This document shows, piece by piece, positions 8,918 to 18,282 of a stretch of DNA of 32,987 nucleotides. The notes under the pieces were generated by a model. The model was not told where the DNA came from. It was given only the letters and a program-made list of their open reading frames with translations, and did no database searches. A program made the translations under genes and the position numbers. Every line of letters starts with the position of its first letter. The stretch's first letter is position 1. The stretch comes from Hyphomicrobiales bacterium (GTDB taxonomy: Bacteria; Pseudomonadota; Alphaproteobacteria; Rhizobiales; Rhizobiaceae). The DNA lies in contig JAATGD010000145.1 of the NCBI GenBank assembly GCA_015654965.1, positions 1 to 32,987 on the forward strand, in the 5' to 3' direction.

Positions 8918-9712
8918 ATGTCAGTATCCCGTACAATCCTCATCGCCATCGTCTCGCTCATTCTGATCTGGCTGATCATCCCCATCCTCATCATCGTGCC
9001 GATGTCGTTTTCCGGCACACGCTTTCTCACCTTCCCGCCGCCAAGCTGGTCGTTGCGCTGGTATGAGGCCTATCTCACAAGCAGCGCATGGTTGCAGGCA
9101 ACAAAAGTCAGCCTCATCGTTGCGTTCGCAAGCGCAATCCTCTCCACAATTATCGGGACCGCCGCCGCCTATGCGCTCAACCTGACATCATCGCGGTTTG
9201 TCCGCAGCATGCAGGTGGTTTTATTGTTACCCCTCGTCGTGCCCATTGTGATTACCGCGGTCGGCGTGTTCTTCGTCTATGCCAAGGCCGGGCTTCTTGC
9301 GACCATGACCGGACTGATCCTTGCCAATATCATGCTCGGCCTGCCCTATGTCGTAACCTCCGTGCTGGTTGGCCTGCGCAAATTCGATCCGACACAGGAA
9401 ATGGTGGCGCGTAGCCTCGGCATGAACCGCTTTCGCGCCTTCTTTTCCGTGACGCTGCCGCAGATCAGGCCAAGCGTCATTTCCGGCCTGCTGTTCGCCT
9501 TCATTTCGGCAATCGACGAAACCGTGGTTTCCCTCTTCATATCCGGCGGACAATACCAGACACTCACAAAGCGCATGTTCACAGCCCTGCGTGATGAAAT
9601 CGATCCGACCATTGCATCGATCAGTTCGCTTCTGACCGCCGTTTCCTTCATTGTCGTCATGCTGGTGGCGTTGAGTGCAGGCAAACAGCGAAAAGAACAG
9701 GCCGCAGCATGA
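8918..9712 (+). CDS. ABC permease (PotC-like)
   Basis: SLRWYE, LPLVVPIVI and an EAA-like loop EMVARSLGM. Start set at ATG 8918, just after the upstream stop. Confidence 0.9.
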   Translation: MSVSRTILIAIVSLILIWLIIPILIIVPMSFSGTRFLTFPPPSWSLRWYEAYLTSSAWLQATKVSLIVAFASAILSTIIGTAAAYALNLTSSRFVRSMQVVLLLPLVVPIVITAVGVFFVYAKAGLLATMTGLILANIMLGLPYVVTSVLVGLRKFDPTQEMVARSLGMNRFRAFFSVTLPQIRPSVISGLLFAFISAIDETVVSLFISGGQYQTLTKRMFTALRDEIDPTIASISSLLTAVSFIVVMLVALSAGKQRKEQAAA

Positions 9713-11409
9713 TGGCCGATCATCTCATTCTTGGCGGAGGCTCGGCGGGCTGTGTTCTCGCAGCCCGATTATCGGAAGACCCGAAACGGCAGGTTATTCT
9801 GGTCGAGGCCGGACGCGATATCAGCGCCACGCAAATGCCCGATGCCATCCGCTCCCGCTATCCCGGTCGCGCCTATCTCGACACGCGCAACATCTGGGCA
9901 AAGCTTCAGGCGCATATGGGTTTTACGGACACAAACACCCAAACAAGGTCATCGCGCCGCTATGAGCAGGCAAAAATTCTCGGTGGCGGTTCGGCGATCA
10001 ATGCCCTCATGGCCAATCGTGGCGCGCCTGCCGATTACGATGAATGGCAGAAGCTAGGCGCGGAAGGCTGGAACTGGGAAAATTGCCTTCCTTATTTTCG
10101 CAAGATTGAAGCAGACCGTGATTTTGCTGGCCCGCTGCATGGTCAGGATGGGCCGATCTCGATCCGCCGGATTGATGATCAACGCATTTCTCCTTTCGTT
10201 GATCGCGTCATGCAAACTATCGACCGGAATGGCTGGCCTATCGGGCATGACCAGAATGGGGAATGGCGTGACGGCACCTATCGGGGAGCGATTGCCGTCA
10301 GCGATCAGGGTGAACGACTGCCGACATCTGTCGCCTATCTTACCGACGCGGTGCGCAAACGCCCCAATCTGCGCATCATGACCGGCTTTACAGCTTTGAA
10401 AATTACATTCGATGGCAAGAAGGCAACAGGCGCACTTGTCAGATCAATGCAATCGAATGGTGAAACAGTGCACCTTGCAGCCAAGGAAGTCATTGTTGCA
10501 TCGGGGGCCATTCACAGCCCCGTATTGCTGATGCGCTCCGGCGTCGGTCCTGCCCGACAACTCTCCAAGCTTGGAATCCCGCTTGTTCATGCCCTTGAAG
10601 GTGTCGGGCAAAACCTGATGGAACACCCCTCCATTGCGGTTGCAACCTATCTGCCACCGGCATCGCGTAACAAAGACCCTCATGAGCATCACGAGCAGGC
10701 GATCTGGCGCTATTCGTCGGGTGTAAAAGATACGCCCGCAAGTGACATGCATGCAGCCATCCTTGCCCGCTCGGGCTGGCATTCTGTCGGCAACCGGATT
10801 GGCAGCCTGTTTTTCTGGGTCAACAAATCCTATTCGCGCGGCGCAGTTTGCATCACATCCGATGATGCGAGCGTGGAGCCGAATGTCGATTTCTGCATGT
10901 TGAGCGACGAGCGCGATCTTTTGCGCCTGAAAGATGCAATCCGCAAAGGCGCTGCAATTCTTGGCGATGACAATATGCGTCCCGTCGCGGGCAATGTATT
11001 TCCATCAAGTTATACGCCGCGCGTGGCAAAAGTGGCCGCACCCGGTCTTTGGAACGCCATGCAACGCGGAGCGCTCTCCGCGATGCTGGATGTGGCCGGA
11101 CCATTGCGCAATGCGCTTATTCATACACTGGTGACATCGGGAGTGACGATCCGCTCATTACTCGAAGACGATGCCGTACTGACGGCATTCGTCCGCGCCC
11201 ATGTCGGTGGCACATGGCACCCATCCGGTACTTGCCGCATGGGAGACGAATCCGATCCACGTGCTGTCACAACCCCCAAAGGCGCGGTTTATGGAGTAGA
11301 AGGACTTCGGGTCTGCGACGCCTCGCTGATGCCCGCCATCCCATGTGCCAATACCAATCTGCCAACCATCATGATCGCTGAACGGGTCGCGGATTTTATC
11401 AAAGCCTGA
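9709..11409 (+). CDS. GMC-family oxidoreductase (choline/alcohol dehydrogenase-like)
   Basis: GGGSAGCVLAARLSED, LGGGSAINA, GAIHSP, WHPSGTCRMG and ANTNLPTIMIAE. ATGA coupling with the upstream permease. Confidence 0.93.
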   Translation: MMADHLILGGGSAGCVLAARLSEDPKRQVILVEAGRDISATQMPDAIRSRYPGRAYLDTRNIWAKLQAHMGFTDTNTQTRSSRRYEQAKILGGGSAINALMANRGAPADYDEWQKLGAEGWNWENCLPYFRKIEADRDFAGPLHGQDGPISIRRIDDQRISPFVDRVMQTIDRNGWPIGHDQNGEWRDGTYRGAIAVSDQGERLPTSVAYLTDAVRKRPNLRIMTGFTALKITFDGKKATGALVRSMQSNGETVHLAAKEVIVASGAIHSPVLLMRSGVGPARQLSKLGIPLVHALEGVGQNLMEHPSIAVATYLPPASRNKDPHEHHEQAIWRYSSGVKDTPASDMHAAILARSGWHSVGNRIGSLFFWVNKSYSRGAVCITSDDASVEPNVDFCMLSDERDLLRLKDAIRKGAAILGDDNMRPVAGNVFPSSYTPRVAKVAAPGLWNAMQRGALSAMLDVAGPLRNALIHTLVTSGVTIRSLLEDDAVLTAFVRAHVGGTWHPSGTCRMGDESDPRAVTTPKGAVYGVEGLRVCDASLMPAIPCANTNLPTIMIAERVADFIKA

Positions 11410-11449
11410 ACATAAGATTCAAAATGGGATCTGACGTTTCAGCCATGCT

Positions 11450-12184
11450 CTAATGATTGAGAACGCGGCGCAGGAAATCCTGTGTGCGAGGATGTTGCGG
11501 TGCAGACAATACTTCCTTGGCCTTACCCTGTTCAAGAATGATACCATGATCAAGGAAAAGCACCCGATCAGCCACATCACGGGCAAAACCCATTTCATGG
11601 GTTACAACCAGCATGGTCATGCCTTCATCCGCAAGACTGCGCATGACATCCAGAACATCGCCAACCAGCTCGGGATCCAGCGCTGACGTCGGCTCGTCAA
11701 AGAGGATGGCTTGCGGCCGCATGGCAAGCGCGCGCGCAATGGCAACGCGTTGCATCTGTCCACCCGAAAGCTGGCCCGGAAAATGATCGATCCGATCACC
11801 AAGCCCGACCCGTTGCAGGAGATGTTCGCCATATTCACGCGCTTGCGCCCGCTTCTCGCCTTTCACATGCACAGGTCCCTCAATGACATTCTCCAGCGCC
11901 GTGCGGGGCGGGAAAAGATTGAAGCGCTGAAAGACCATGGCCATGCGCGTCCGGATATTGCGGATGGAGCGGTGTTGCGCATCGACACGCTGGCCTTCAA
12001 TCAATATTTCGCCGTCCTGATAGGTTTCAAGCCCGTTCAGGCAACGCAGCATCGTCGATTTTCCCGAACCGGAAGGGCCGATCAGGCAAACGACTTCGCC
12101 CTTCTGCACTTGCGCATCAATGCCCTTGAGAACCTGAACCGCGCCATAGGATTTGGTCACGCTCTTGATTTCGATCATCGCCAT
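11450..12184 (-). CDS. Polar amino acid ABC transporter ATP-binding protein (GlnQ-like)
   Basis: [25 protein letters not shown] and VTHEMGFA. Confidence 0.93.
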   Translation of the reverse strand: MAMIEIKSVTKSYGAVQVLKGIDAQVQKGEVVCLIGPSGSGKSTMLRCLNGLETYQDGEILIEGQRVDAQHRSIRNIRTRMAMVFQRFNLFPPRTALENVIEGPVHVKGEKRAQAREYGEHLLQRVGLGDRIDHFPGQLSGGQMQRVAIARALAMRPQAILFDEPTSALDPELVGDVLDVMRSLADEGMTMLVVTHEMGFARDVADRVLFLDHGIILEQGKAKEVLSAPQHPRTQDFLRRVLNH

Positions 12185-12186
12185 GT

Positions 12187-12849
12187 TCAGTGTCCTCTTT
12201 TCTTGCCAAAGACTTTCTCAAGACGCCCGACGGCCAGCATCAGCGGCAGGCTAAGGCAGAGATAGAAGATCGCAACGAGCGTAAACACGCTCATGTTCTT
12301 GAATGTTGAAGAGGCAAGCAACTGCCCCTGCATGGTGAGTTCGGCAACGGTGATGGCGGAGGCTTGCGAGCTGTCCTTGAGCAGCATCACCATGATATTG
12401 CCGTAAGGCGGCAGGATCACACGCACGGCTTGCGGCAGGATCACGCGCCACATGGTCTTGAACCAGCCCATGCCGATGGATTGTGCGGCTTCGGTCTGGC
12501 CATGATCGATCGCCTCGATGCCGGCGCGGAAATTTTCGGCCTGATAAGCCGAATAGGCAATGCCAAGACCGATGATGCCCGCCTGAACGGCAGACAGGGC
12601 TATGCCCATTTCAGGCAACACGAAGTAGATATAGAAAAGCTGAACCAGTATGGGAATGCCGCGGATGACATTGACAATGGTTGTTGCAATGGCCGCAAGC
12701 CAGAAAATCCCGGATACACGCATCAAGGCCCAGAAAAGACCCAGCAGGGTGGATAGGACAAGAGAACCCACGGTGACGAGAAGCGTGAACTTCACGCCTT
12801 GCAAAAGGACCGGAAAAAACTCGCGGGCATCCATGAGAAAGTTTAGCAT
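12187..12849 (-). CDS. Polar amino acid ABC permease (HisM/GlnP-like)
   Basis: [25 protein letters not shown] and [10 protein letters not shown]. Start is ATG 12849; 12858 is an alternative. Confidence 0.9.
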   Translation of the reverse strand: MLNFLMDAREFFPVLLQGVKFTLLVTVGSLVLSTLLGLFWALMRVSGIFWLAAIATTIVNVIRGIPILVQLFYIYFVLPEMGIALSAVQAGIIGLGIAYSAYQAENFRAGIEAIDHGQTEAAQSIGMGWFKTMWRVILPQAVRVILPPYGNIMVMLLKDSSQASAITVAELTMQGQLLASSTFKNMSVFTLVAIFYLCLSLPLMLAVGRLEKVFGKKRGH

Positions 12850-12879
12850 TTGCGACAACTCTGTTTGGACTGGAAGTCT

Positions 12880-12905
12880 GGCGTCCGGCTGTATTGCCAG
12901 ACGCC
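12880..12905 (-). other. Intercistronic stem-loop after the substrate-binding gene
   Basis: The minus strand reads GGCGTCTGGC-AATACA-GCCGGACGCC, a 10-bp stem with one U-G pair. The plus strand has a C-A mismatch at that position. Confidence 0.6.
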
Positions 12906-12968
12906 GATATGAGAAAATGCACCAACCATCTTCAATAAAAGCAAGATGGCGCCCCGCTTTTCCCGGGA

Positions 12969-13718
12969 TTATTTCAAACCGTACTTTGCAAGAATTGTCT
13001 GCAATGTGCCGTCCGACTTGATCCGTGCAATGGCTTCGTTGATCTTGGCCATGCGCGCATCACCTTTACGCAGGGCCAGACCGAATTCGCCCCCCGCTGA
13101 AGCCTGATAGGTTTCGACCATCTTGACCTTCGGGAAGCGTCCCTGAGAAATATAATAGGCCGCCATCGGTCCGTCACCGAAACCGGCATCGAGGCGTCCG
13201 GCATTCACATCGGCGATGATATCCGGGATGCCCTTATAAACCTTCACTTCCTTGAATAGACCGCTCTTCTGGAACAGATCGACAAAGGTGGTACCAACCT
13301 GAACCCCCACCGTCTTGCCCTTCAGCTCCTGATAGCTCTTATATTCGGTATTGTCCGAAACCGGCACGAAGACGCCTTCGCCATAGCCATAAACCGGGTC
13401 GGAAAAATCAACGATTTTTGCCCGTTCTTCCGTAATGAACATCGCTGATGCAATCATGTCGATCTTGTTTGCAGTCAGCGAGGGCACAAGGGCGGAGAAC
13501 TGAACCGGCTCGAATTGCGGCGCGATATCGATGTCTTTCTGGATAGCCTTGACCACGTCGATCAGGATGCCGTCCATCTGGTTGGTTTCCGTATTTACAA
13601 AGGTGAAAGGAAGGCCGGTCGGCGATGAACCGACTTTAACGGCATCCTGCGCCATTGAAGGCGTTGCAACCCCGATCATTGCCGCTAGGGTCAACCCAAA
13701 AAATGCAGTGAAACGCAT
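12969..13718 (-). CDS. Polar amino acid ABC substrate-binding protein (family 3)
   Basis: Signal peptide MRFTAFFGLTLAAMIGVATPSMA after RBS GAGGAG, then ITEERAKIVDFSDP and LKGKTVGVQVGT. The ORF-track extension to 14021 is rejected. Confidence 0.92.
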   Translation of the reverse strand: MRFTAFFGLTLAAMIGVATPSMAQDAVKVGSSPTGLPFTFVNTETNQMDGILIDVVKAIQKDIDIAPQFEPVQFSALVPSLTANKIDMIASAMFITEERAKIVDFSDPVYGYGEGVFVPVSDNTEYKSYQELKGKTVGVQVGTTFVDLFQKSGLFKEVKVYKGIPDIIADVNAGRLDAGFGDGPMAAYYISQGRFPKVKMVETYQASAGGEFGLALRKGDARMAKINEAIARIKSDGTLQTILAKYGLK

Positions 13719-13848
13719 GCTATTCTCCTCATTTTCAGACCGTAACAGTGAAGCTGCCAATCGCCACACCGCTCTTGAATTTTTCTGTAAAGTGAAATTT
13801 CTGATGCAGGATTTCATGATCGGCGATGTATCGCTCTTTTCGTTCCCC

Positions 13849-15180
13849 TTATGATGTCTCGACATTCCTTTCTGATCTTTCCTGCGCGGCGACAGCCTCC
13901 GTCTTGCGGTCCTTGCGTGCCAGATCGGCAAAAACGAGCGGCATGAACCATGCTTTTCCGCGCCAGGTCGGAACCAGTCCCGGCGGGCGAAAATCGAATC
14001 CGCTCTGGCTTTCCGGCACACCCAAGATCTTTTGCGCGACCTTCAGTCCAAGCCACGGAGCCCAGACAACGCCGGAACCGCAAAAGCCGGTTGCATAGTG
14101 AATTGCGCCACGCTGGAAAATGCGTGGAACCATGTCCCGGTTCATGGCCACATAGCCAAACCAGCTATGGGAAATTCCCACGCCTTCAAGCTCGGGAAAC
14201 ACGCGGCACATCTCATGATAATTATGCTTTGTCGCACTTTCCGGATCGCCATGGCTCGACACATCGCGCCCGCCAAAAAGAATCCGGCGACCATCTGGCG
14301 AGGGGCGGAAATAATAGGTCATCTTCCGCGTGTCGGTGAGCATCTTGAGCCCGGGAACAAGTGCCCTGACACGCTCTTCACCGATCTCTTCGGTCGCGAT
14401 GATACGCGAACGCAAAAGCACCAGCCGCTGGCGTAACCAGCGATCCGAATGATCGGTGTAGCCGTCGGTGCAAACCAGCACATCACGCGCTTGCGTGCTG
14501 CCCCGGCTTGTCATGACACTATGTTTTTCAAGTCCTTGAGCGACATGCTCGACACGGCATTCACTCTGGATCGTCACCCCTTCTGCAAGGCAGAGACGAA
14601 CAAGCTCGGCATGAAACTTGGCAGGATGCAGCCCACCAATATCCATGCGCACACTGCCGCCTGCATAAAGATCGGTAGCGATATGCCGATGAACCTCATG
14701 GACCGGAACCGCATAGGATTGTACGCCCGTTATACGCTCAAGCGCTTCGGCATCCCGTGCCATGACGTCATATTGCGCACGGGTCATCGCGCCGTAGAAC
14801 CGCCCGACCAGCTGAAAATTGGCATCGATCCCTTCACGAGCCAGAAAATCGATCATGAAGCGACGCGCTTCATGGCCTTCAGCCGCAATTCTGGTTGCGC
14901 GCTCTGCGCCAAACTTGCGCACAATCGTTGCATTGTCGGGACGGATATTACCGCTTGTGAAACCGCCATTGCGGCTTGAAGCGCCAAAACCCAGTTGCTC
15001 GCGTTCAAATAACTGAACCTTGCGCCCTGCACGGGCCAGATGCAGGGCCGCGCAAAGACCCGCATAGCCACCACCGATGATGGCGACATCGCAATCCTTA
15101 TCGATCAGGCGCTGCTCCAGACTGCGAGGAGGCGCTGCTTCCCACCAATAGGGTGTATTTTTATACTGATGAACTGACAT
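13849..15180 (-). CDS. FAD-dependent amine oxidoreductase (DAO family, PuuB/OrdL-like) #2
   Basis: IIGGGYAG, GASSRNGG, LHPAKF, YYFRPSPDGRRILFGG and GFCGSGV. GGGGA RBS before ATG 15180. Confidence 0.9.
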   Translation of the reverse strand: MSVHQYKNTPYWWEAAPPRSLEQRLIDKDCDVAIIGGGYAGLCAALHLARAGRKVQLFEREQLGFGASSRNGGFTSGNIRPDNATIVRKFGAERATRIAAEGHEARRFMIDFLAREGIDANFQLVGRFYGAMTRAQYDVMARDAEALERITGVQSYAVPVHEVHRHIATDLYAGGSVRMDIGGLHPAKFHAELVRLCLAEGVTIQSECRVEHVAQGLEKHSVMTSRGSTQARDVLVCTDGYTDHSDRWLRQRLVLLRSRIIATEEIGEERVRALVPGLKMLTDTRKMTYYFRPSPDGRRILFGGRDVSSHGDPESATKHNYHEMCRVFPELEGVGISHSWFGYVAMNRDMVPRIFQRGAIHYATGFCGSGVVWAPWLGLKVAQKILGVPESQSGFDFRPPGLVPTWRGKAWFMPLVFADLARKDRKTEAVAAQERSERNVETS

Positions 15181-15322
15181 GTTCCCCACATTTTGATGCG
15201 GCTGGTTTTTAGTTTATTGAAATTTTCCAAAATTTAAAACAGAATACTAAATAACAATCAACCCCGTTTTGATTCAAAACGCAGTGGGTCAAAACGCAGC
15301 GGGCATCATTAGAGGACCACAG

Positions 15323-15955
15323 GTGAGCAAAGCAGAAACCATTCAGATGTCACCGGCAGACGAACCTGAGAACAAGGATGCTGCTGGCGATATCGGGGCA
15401 CGCATTCGCACACGCAGGCAAAAACTGGGCATGACGCTCGGCCACTTGTCCAGTGTCTCCGGCCTGTCGACCGGAGCGCTTTCACAAATCGAGCGCGGCC
15501 TTGTTTCACCCACCGTGCGGACACTTTACACCATCGCAGATGTGCTCTCGATGAGTCCGGCCCAACTCATCGACCCGCAAGGATTTGCCAGCGCCGTACG
15601 TGCGAATCCTTATGTTCTGCGCACAGGCGAACAACCCGAAGTTCTCAATGTCGGCGGCGTCATCAAGCACCGCGCCTCGCCAGAAATTATCGAGACGATC
15701 AAATCCTTCATCGTCCGCATTACCCCCGGCGGCAGTTCGGGCGAGGAATGCTATACCCATTCCGGTGAAGAACTGGGCTATGTCATGTCCGGCAGTTTCA
15801 CGTTGCAGATCGAAGACACGCATTACCTGCTTTCTGCCGGAGATGGTTTTGCCCTTCCTTCGACACTGCGCCACAGATTTTACAACAACAGTGACAGCGA
15901 TGCTCTGGTCATGTGGGTCAACAAGCCCGACCAGACTGAAGCCAACGCGCTTTAG
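15323..15955 (+). CDS. XRE-family HTH regulator with C-terminal cupin domain (PuuR-like)
   Basis: IGARIRTRRQKLGMTL...LSQIERGLVSPTVRTL and a cupin HSGEELGYV...HRFYN. Start uncertain; GTG 15323 after AGAGGA was chosen. Confidence 0.88.
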   Translation: MSKAETIQMSPADEPENKDAAGDIGARIRTRRQKLGMTLGHLSSVSGLSTGALSQIERGLVSPTVRTLYTIADVLSMSPAQLIDPQGFASAVRANPYVLRTGEQPEVLNVGGVIKHRASPEIIETIKSFIVRITPGGSSGEECYTHSGEELGYVMSGSFTLQIEDTHYLLSAGDGFALPSTLRHRFYNNSDSDALVMWVNKPDQTEANAL

Positions 15956-16058
15956 AGCGCCGCGCGTCCATTTGGACGCACAAAGGTCGCTCTAAATACT
16001 TGAATCGACGCATCGCGCTTTCCGAAAATCGATTCCGGTTTTCGGGCCGATGCTTCAG
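15953..16058 (+). repeat. Bru-RS-like palindromic interspersed repeat (~105 bp)
   Basis: TAGAGCG...GCGTCCA-TT-TGGACGC...CGCTCTA hairpin followed by a second GCATCG...CGATGC hairpin. It begins on the TAG stop of the XRE gene. A homologous inverted copy lies at 31063-31162. Confidence 0.75.
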
Positions 16059-16080
16059 AAGCCGGGGAGAATGATGCAAA

Positions 16081-17376
16081 ATGGCCAGTAGTCCCGAAAG
16101 TTTCTCGCGCTCCTTATGGTGGAACAAGGCCCGGGAGGCCAAAGCCGATTATCCGGCGTTAAACGGTCCCCATGAAGCAGACGTCATCATCATTGGTGGT
16201 GGTTTCACCGGAGTTTCCAGCGCCCTTTTCCTTGCCGAGCGCGGCAAAAAGGCCGCCGTTCTTGAAGCGCGTCATATCGGTTTTGGCGCGTCCGGTCGCA
16301 ATGGCGGTCAGGTCATTCCGGGGCTGAAACACGATCCCGAAGAACATCTTGCCATGTTCGGCAAGGAAGACGGCCAACGCATGATCGATATGGTGGGCAA
16401 TGCTGCCGGTCTGGTTTTTGACCTGGTGCGCAAACACAATATTGAATGCGCCCCGGTCGTCGCGGGATGGATACAGGCCGCGCATTCCGAACTTGCAACC
16501 GCAGCCGTGCATAAACGCGCCCGCCAATGGCAGGCCCAGGGCGTCGATGTTGAAATTCTTGATCTCAAACGTGTCACTGAACTTTCCGGTACAGGCCGTT
16601 ATTTTGGCGGCTGGCGTGACCCGCGCGCTGGTGCCTTGCAACCGCTCGACTATGCGCGCGGGCTTGCAAGGGCGGCGACGTCATTGGGGGCAGACATATT
16701 TGAAAATTCTCCCGTCACGCAGCTTGCAAAACAAAACGGCCTCTGGATTGCCAAAACCGAAACAGGGCAAATTACGGCCCGGGAGGTTTTGATTGCAACC
16801 AATGCCTATAGTGGCAATCTTGTGCCGGGGCTTGCCCAAAGCATCCTGCCCGTTCAGAGCATGCTGATTGCGACCGAGCCACTTTCAGAAAAACAGCGAA
16901 GCCAGATCATGCCGGGTGGTGTTGTGCTTTCGGAAACACGCAAAATCGCCTTTTACATGCGCCAGTCCGACGATGGGCGCTTCCTCATCGGCGGGCGGGG
17001 TGCCGTGGGCATGGAGGAAAAACCGGCCCTGATGCAAGCGCTGAAGGCGGGCATGATCAGGCTTTTCCCACAGCTTGAAGGAATCGGTATCGATTATCAT
17101 TGGTCCGGCCATGTGGCGCTGACGATGGACGGCATGCCGCATCTTCACAATCCAGAGCCGGGGCTGCACGTCATGCTTGGCTATAATGGCCGCGGTATCG
17201 CCATGGCGACGACTTTTGGCAGAATGTATGCCGAGCATATTGGTGAAGGCCGCCCCATGATTTATCCGGCTACCAAAATCCCGCGCCTTGCATGGCATGC
17301 CATCCGCAAACCGGTCATGGACCTTGGCATCCGCTGGTACTGGATCAAGGACAGCCTTGGTTTTGCTTCCAAATAA
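16081..17376 (+). CDS. FAD-dependent amine oxidoreductase (DAO family, PuuB/OrdL-like) #3
   Basis: IIGGGFTG, GASGRNGG, LQPLDYARGL and GYNGRGIA. Confidence 0.9.
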   Translation: MASSPESFSRSLWWNKAREAKADYPALNGPHEADVIIIGGGFTGVSSALFLAERGKKAAVLEARHIGFGASGRNGGQVIPGLKHDPEEHLAMFGKEDGQRMIDMVGNAAGLVFDLVRKHNIECAPVVAGWIQAAHSELATAAVHKRARQWQAQGVDVEILDLKRVTELSGTGRYFGGWRDPRAGALQPLDYARGLARAATSLGADIFENSPVTQLAKQNGLWIAKTETGQITAREVLIATNAYSGNLVPGLAQSILPVQSMLIATEPLSEKQRSQIMPGGVVLSETRKIAFYMRQSDDGRFLIGGRGAVGMEEKPALMQALKAGMIRLFPQLEGIGIDYHWSGHVALTMDGMPHLHNPEPGLHVMLGYNGRGIAMATTFGRMYAEHIGEGRPMIYPATKIPRLAWHAIRKPVMDLGIRWYWIKDSLGFASK

Positions 17377-17410
17377 TACAATTTCAGGAAAGACCAGACA
17401 TTTGAAAAAT

Positions 17411-18070
17411 GTGATCAATCTGGGCACAGAGCCTGCATGCGCCTCGGAACTTGGCAAGGTTTTTCGCGCCATCCATGATGCTACACCCACGACTTCGCCT
17501 CTCGGCTTTGGTCGTGCACAACTGTCTGGTCAGGGCACGGATGCCATTTGCCCTTTTTCCTCTGTCATTCTTCTGCGCAGCGGAATACTGGTTCTCAACG
17601 ATAATTCCGGCACCACAATTTCGCTTGGCAAAGGGGAAGCGGCAACCCTCGCCCCCGGTGCCTTGTCATGGAATGCAGAGGCTGCGGACTGTGTAATCCT
17701 GATGCTACGGCAAGACAATCCGCAAGTCGCACTGGCAAAGATCGATCTTGATCATCCGATGGTATCCGGAGGCGCACCGAATGCGGCATTTTTGACCACC
17801 CCCATGCCCCAGACCAAACGGCATGAATTCCACGATGCCGGTGCCTTGTCGTGGGGAATATGGGCGACCACACCCTATGCCCGCCGGCCCATCACCTATT
17901 CCTATTCGGAAGTGATGATGCTGCGCAAAGGCGATGTGACCTTCACGAACCCGGATGGTGAAAGCGAGCGCTTTCATGCTGGCGATGTCTTTATTGTCCA
18001 GACGGGAGCCGTGGCCAGTTGGGACAACCACAGCGATGTTGAAAAATTCTGGCTTATCCGGACGCAATAA
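17411..18070 (+). CDS. Cupin protein (EutQ/DUF861-like C-terminal domain)
   Basis: C-terminal GIWATTP...YSEVMMLRKGDVTFTNPDG...FHAGDVFIV...W...VEKFW. Start uncertain (GTG 17411 or TTG 17402). Confidence 0.72.
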   Translation: MINLGTEPACASELGKVFRAIHDATPTTSPLGFGRAQLSGQGTDAICPFSSVILLRSGILVLNDNSGTTISLGKGEAATLAPGALSWNAEAADCVILMLRQDNPQVALAKIDLDHPMVSGGAPNAAFLTTPMPQTKRHEFHDAGALSWGIWATTPYARRPITYSYSEVMMLRKGDVTFTNPDGESERFHAGDVFIVQTGAVASWDNHSDVEKFWLIRTQ

Positions 18071-18282
18071 TTTTGAATTATTACCCACGATCCGGCTTTG
18101 CGGAAATTTTCCTTACTATCGGTTGATGCAAAGGCATGTCGACACCCATGGGATAATATTCTACCTTTCATGCAAATGAGTAGAATTTTCTAACCTGTAG
18201 AAGGAAAGAAGAAAAAGATTCCTCGTCAATGAAGCCCTGTTTTTAGTAGTGTCCCGCTCACTCTTCACAAGGATAAAATGCC

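Noticed and set aside
9709-11409. GMC oxidoreductase as betA
   Set aside because: No betB, betI or choline transporter context. Only the family-level call is supported.
13719-14021. N-terminal extension of the binding-protein ORF
   Set aside because: It overlaps oxidoreductase #2, and the RBS and signal peptide mark 13718 as the start.
15918-16142. Small ORFs over the repeats (15918-16142, 28028-28270 and several within 30977-31247)
   Set aside because: They coincide with the palindromic elements. The similarity between them (e.g. LCVQMD and LCARMD) reflects the DNA repeat, not a protein family.
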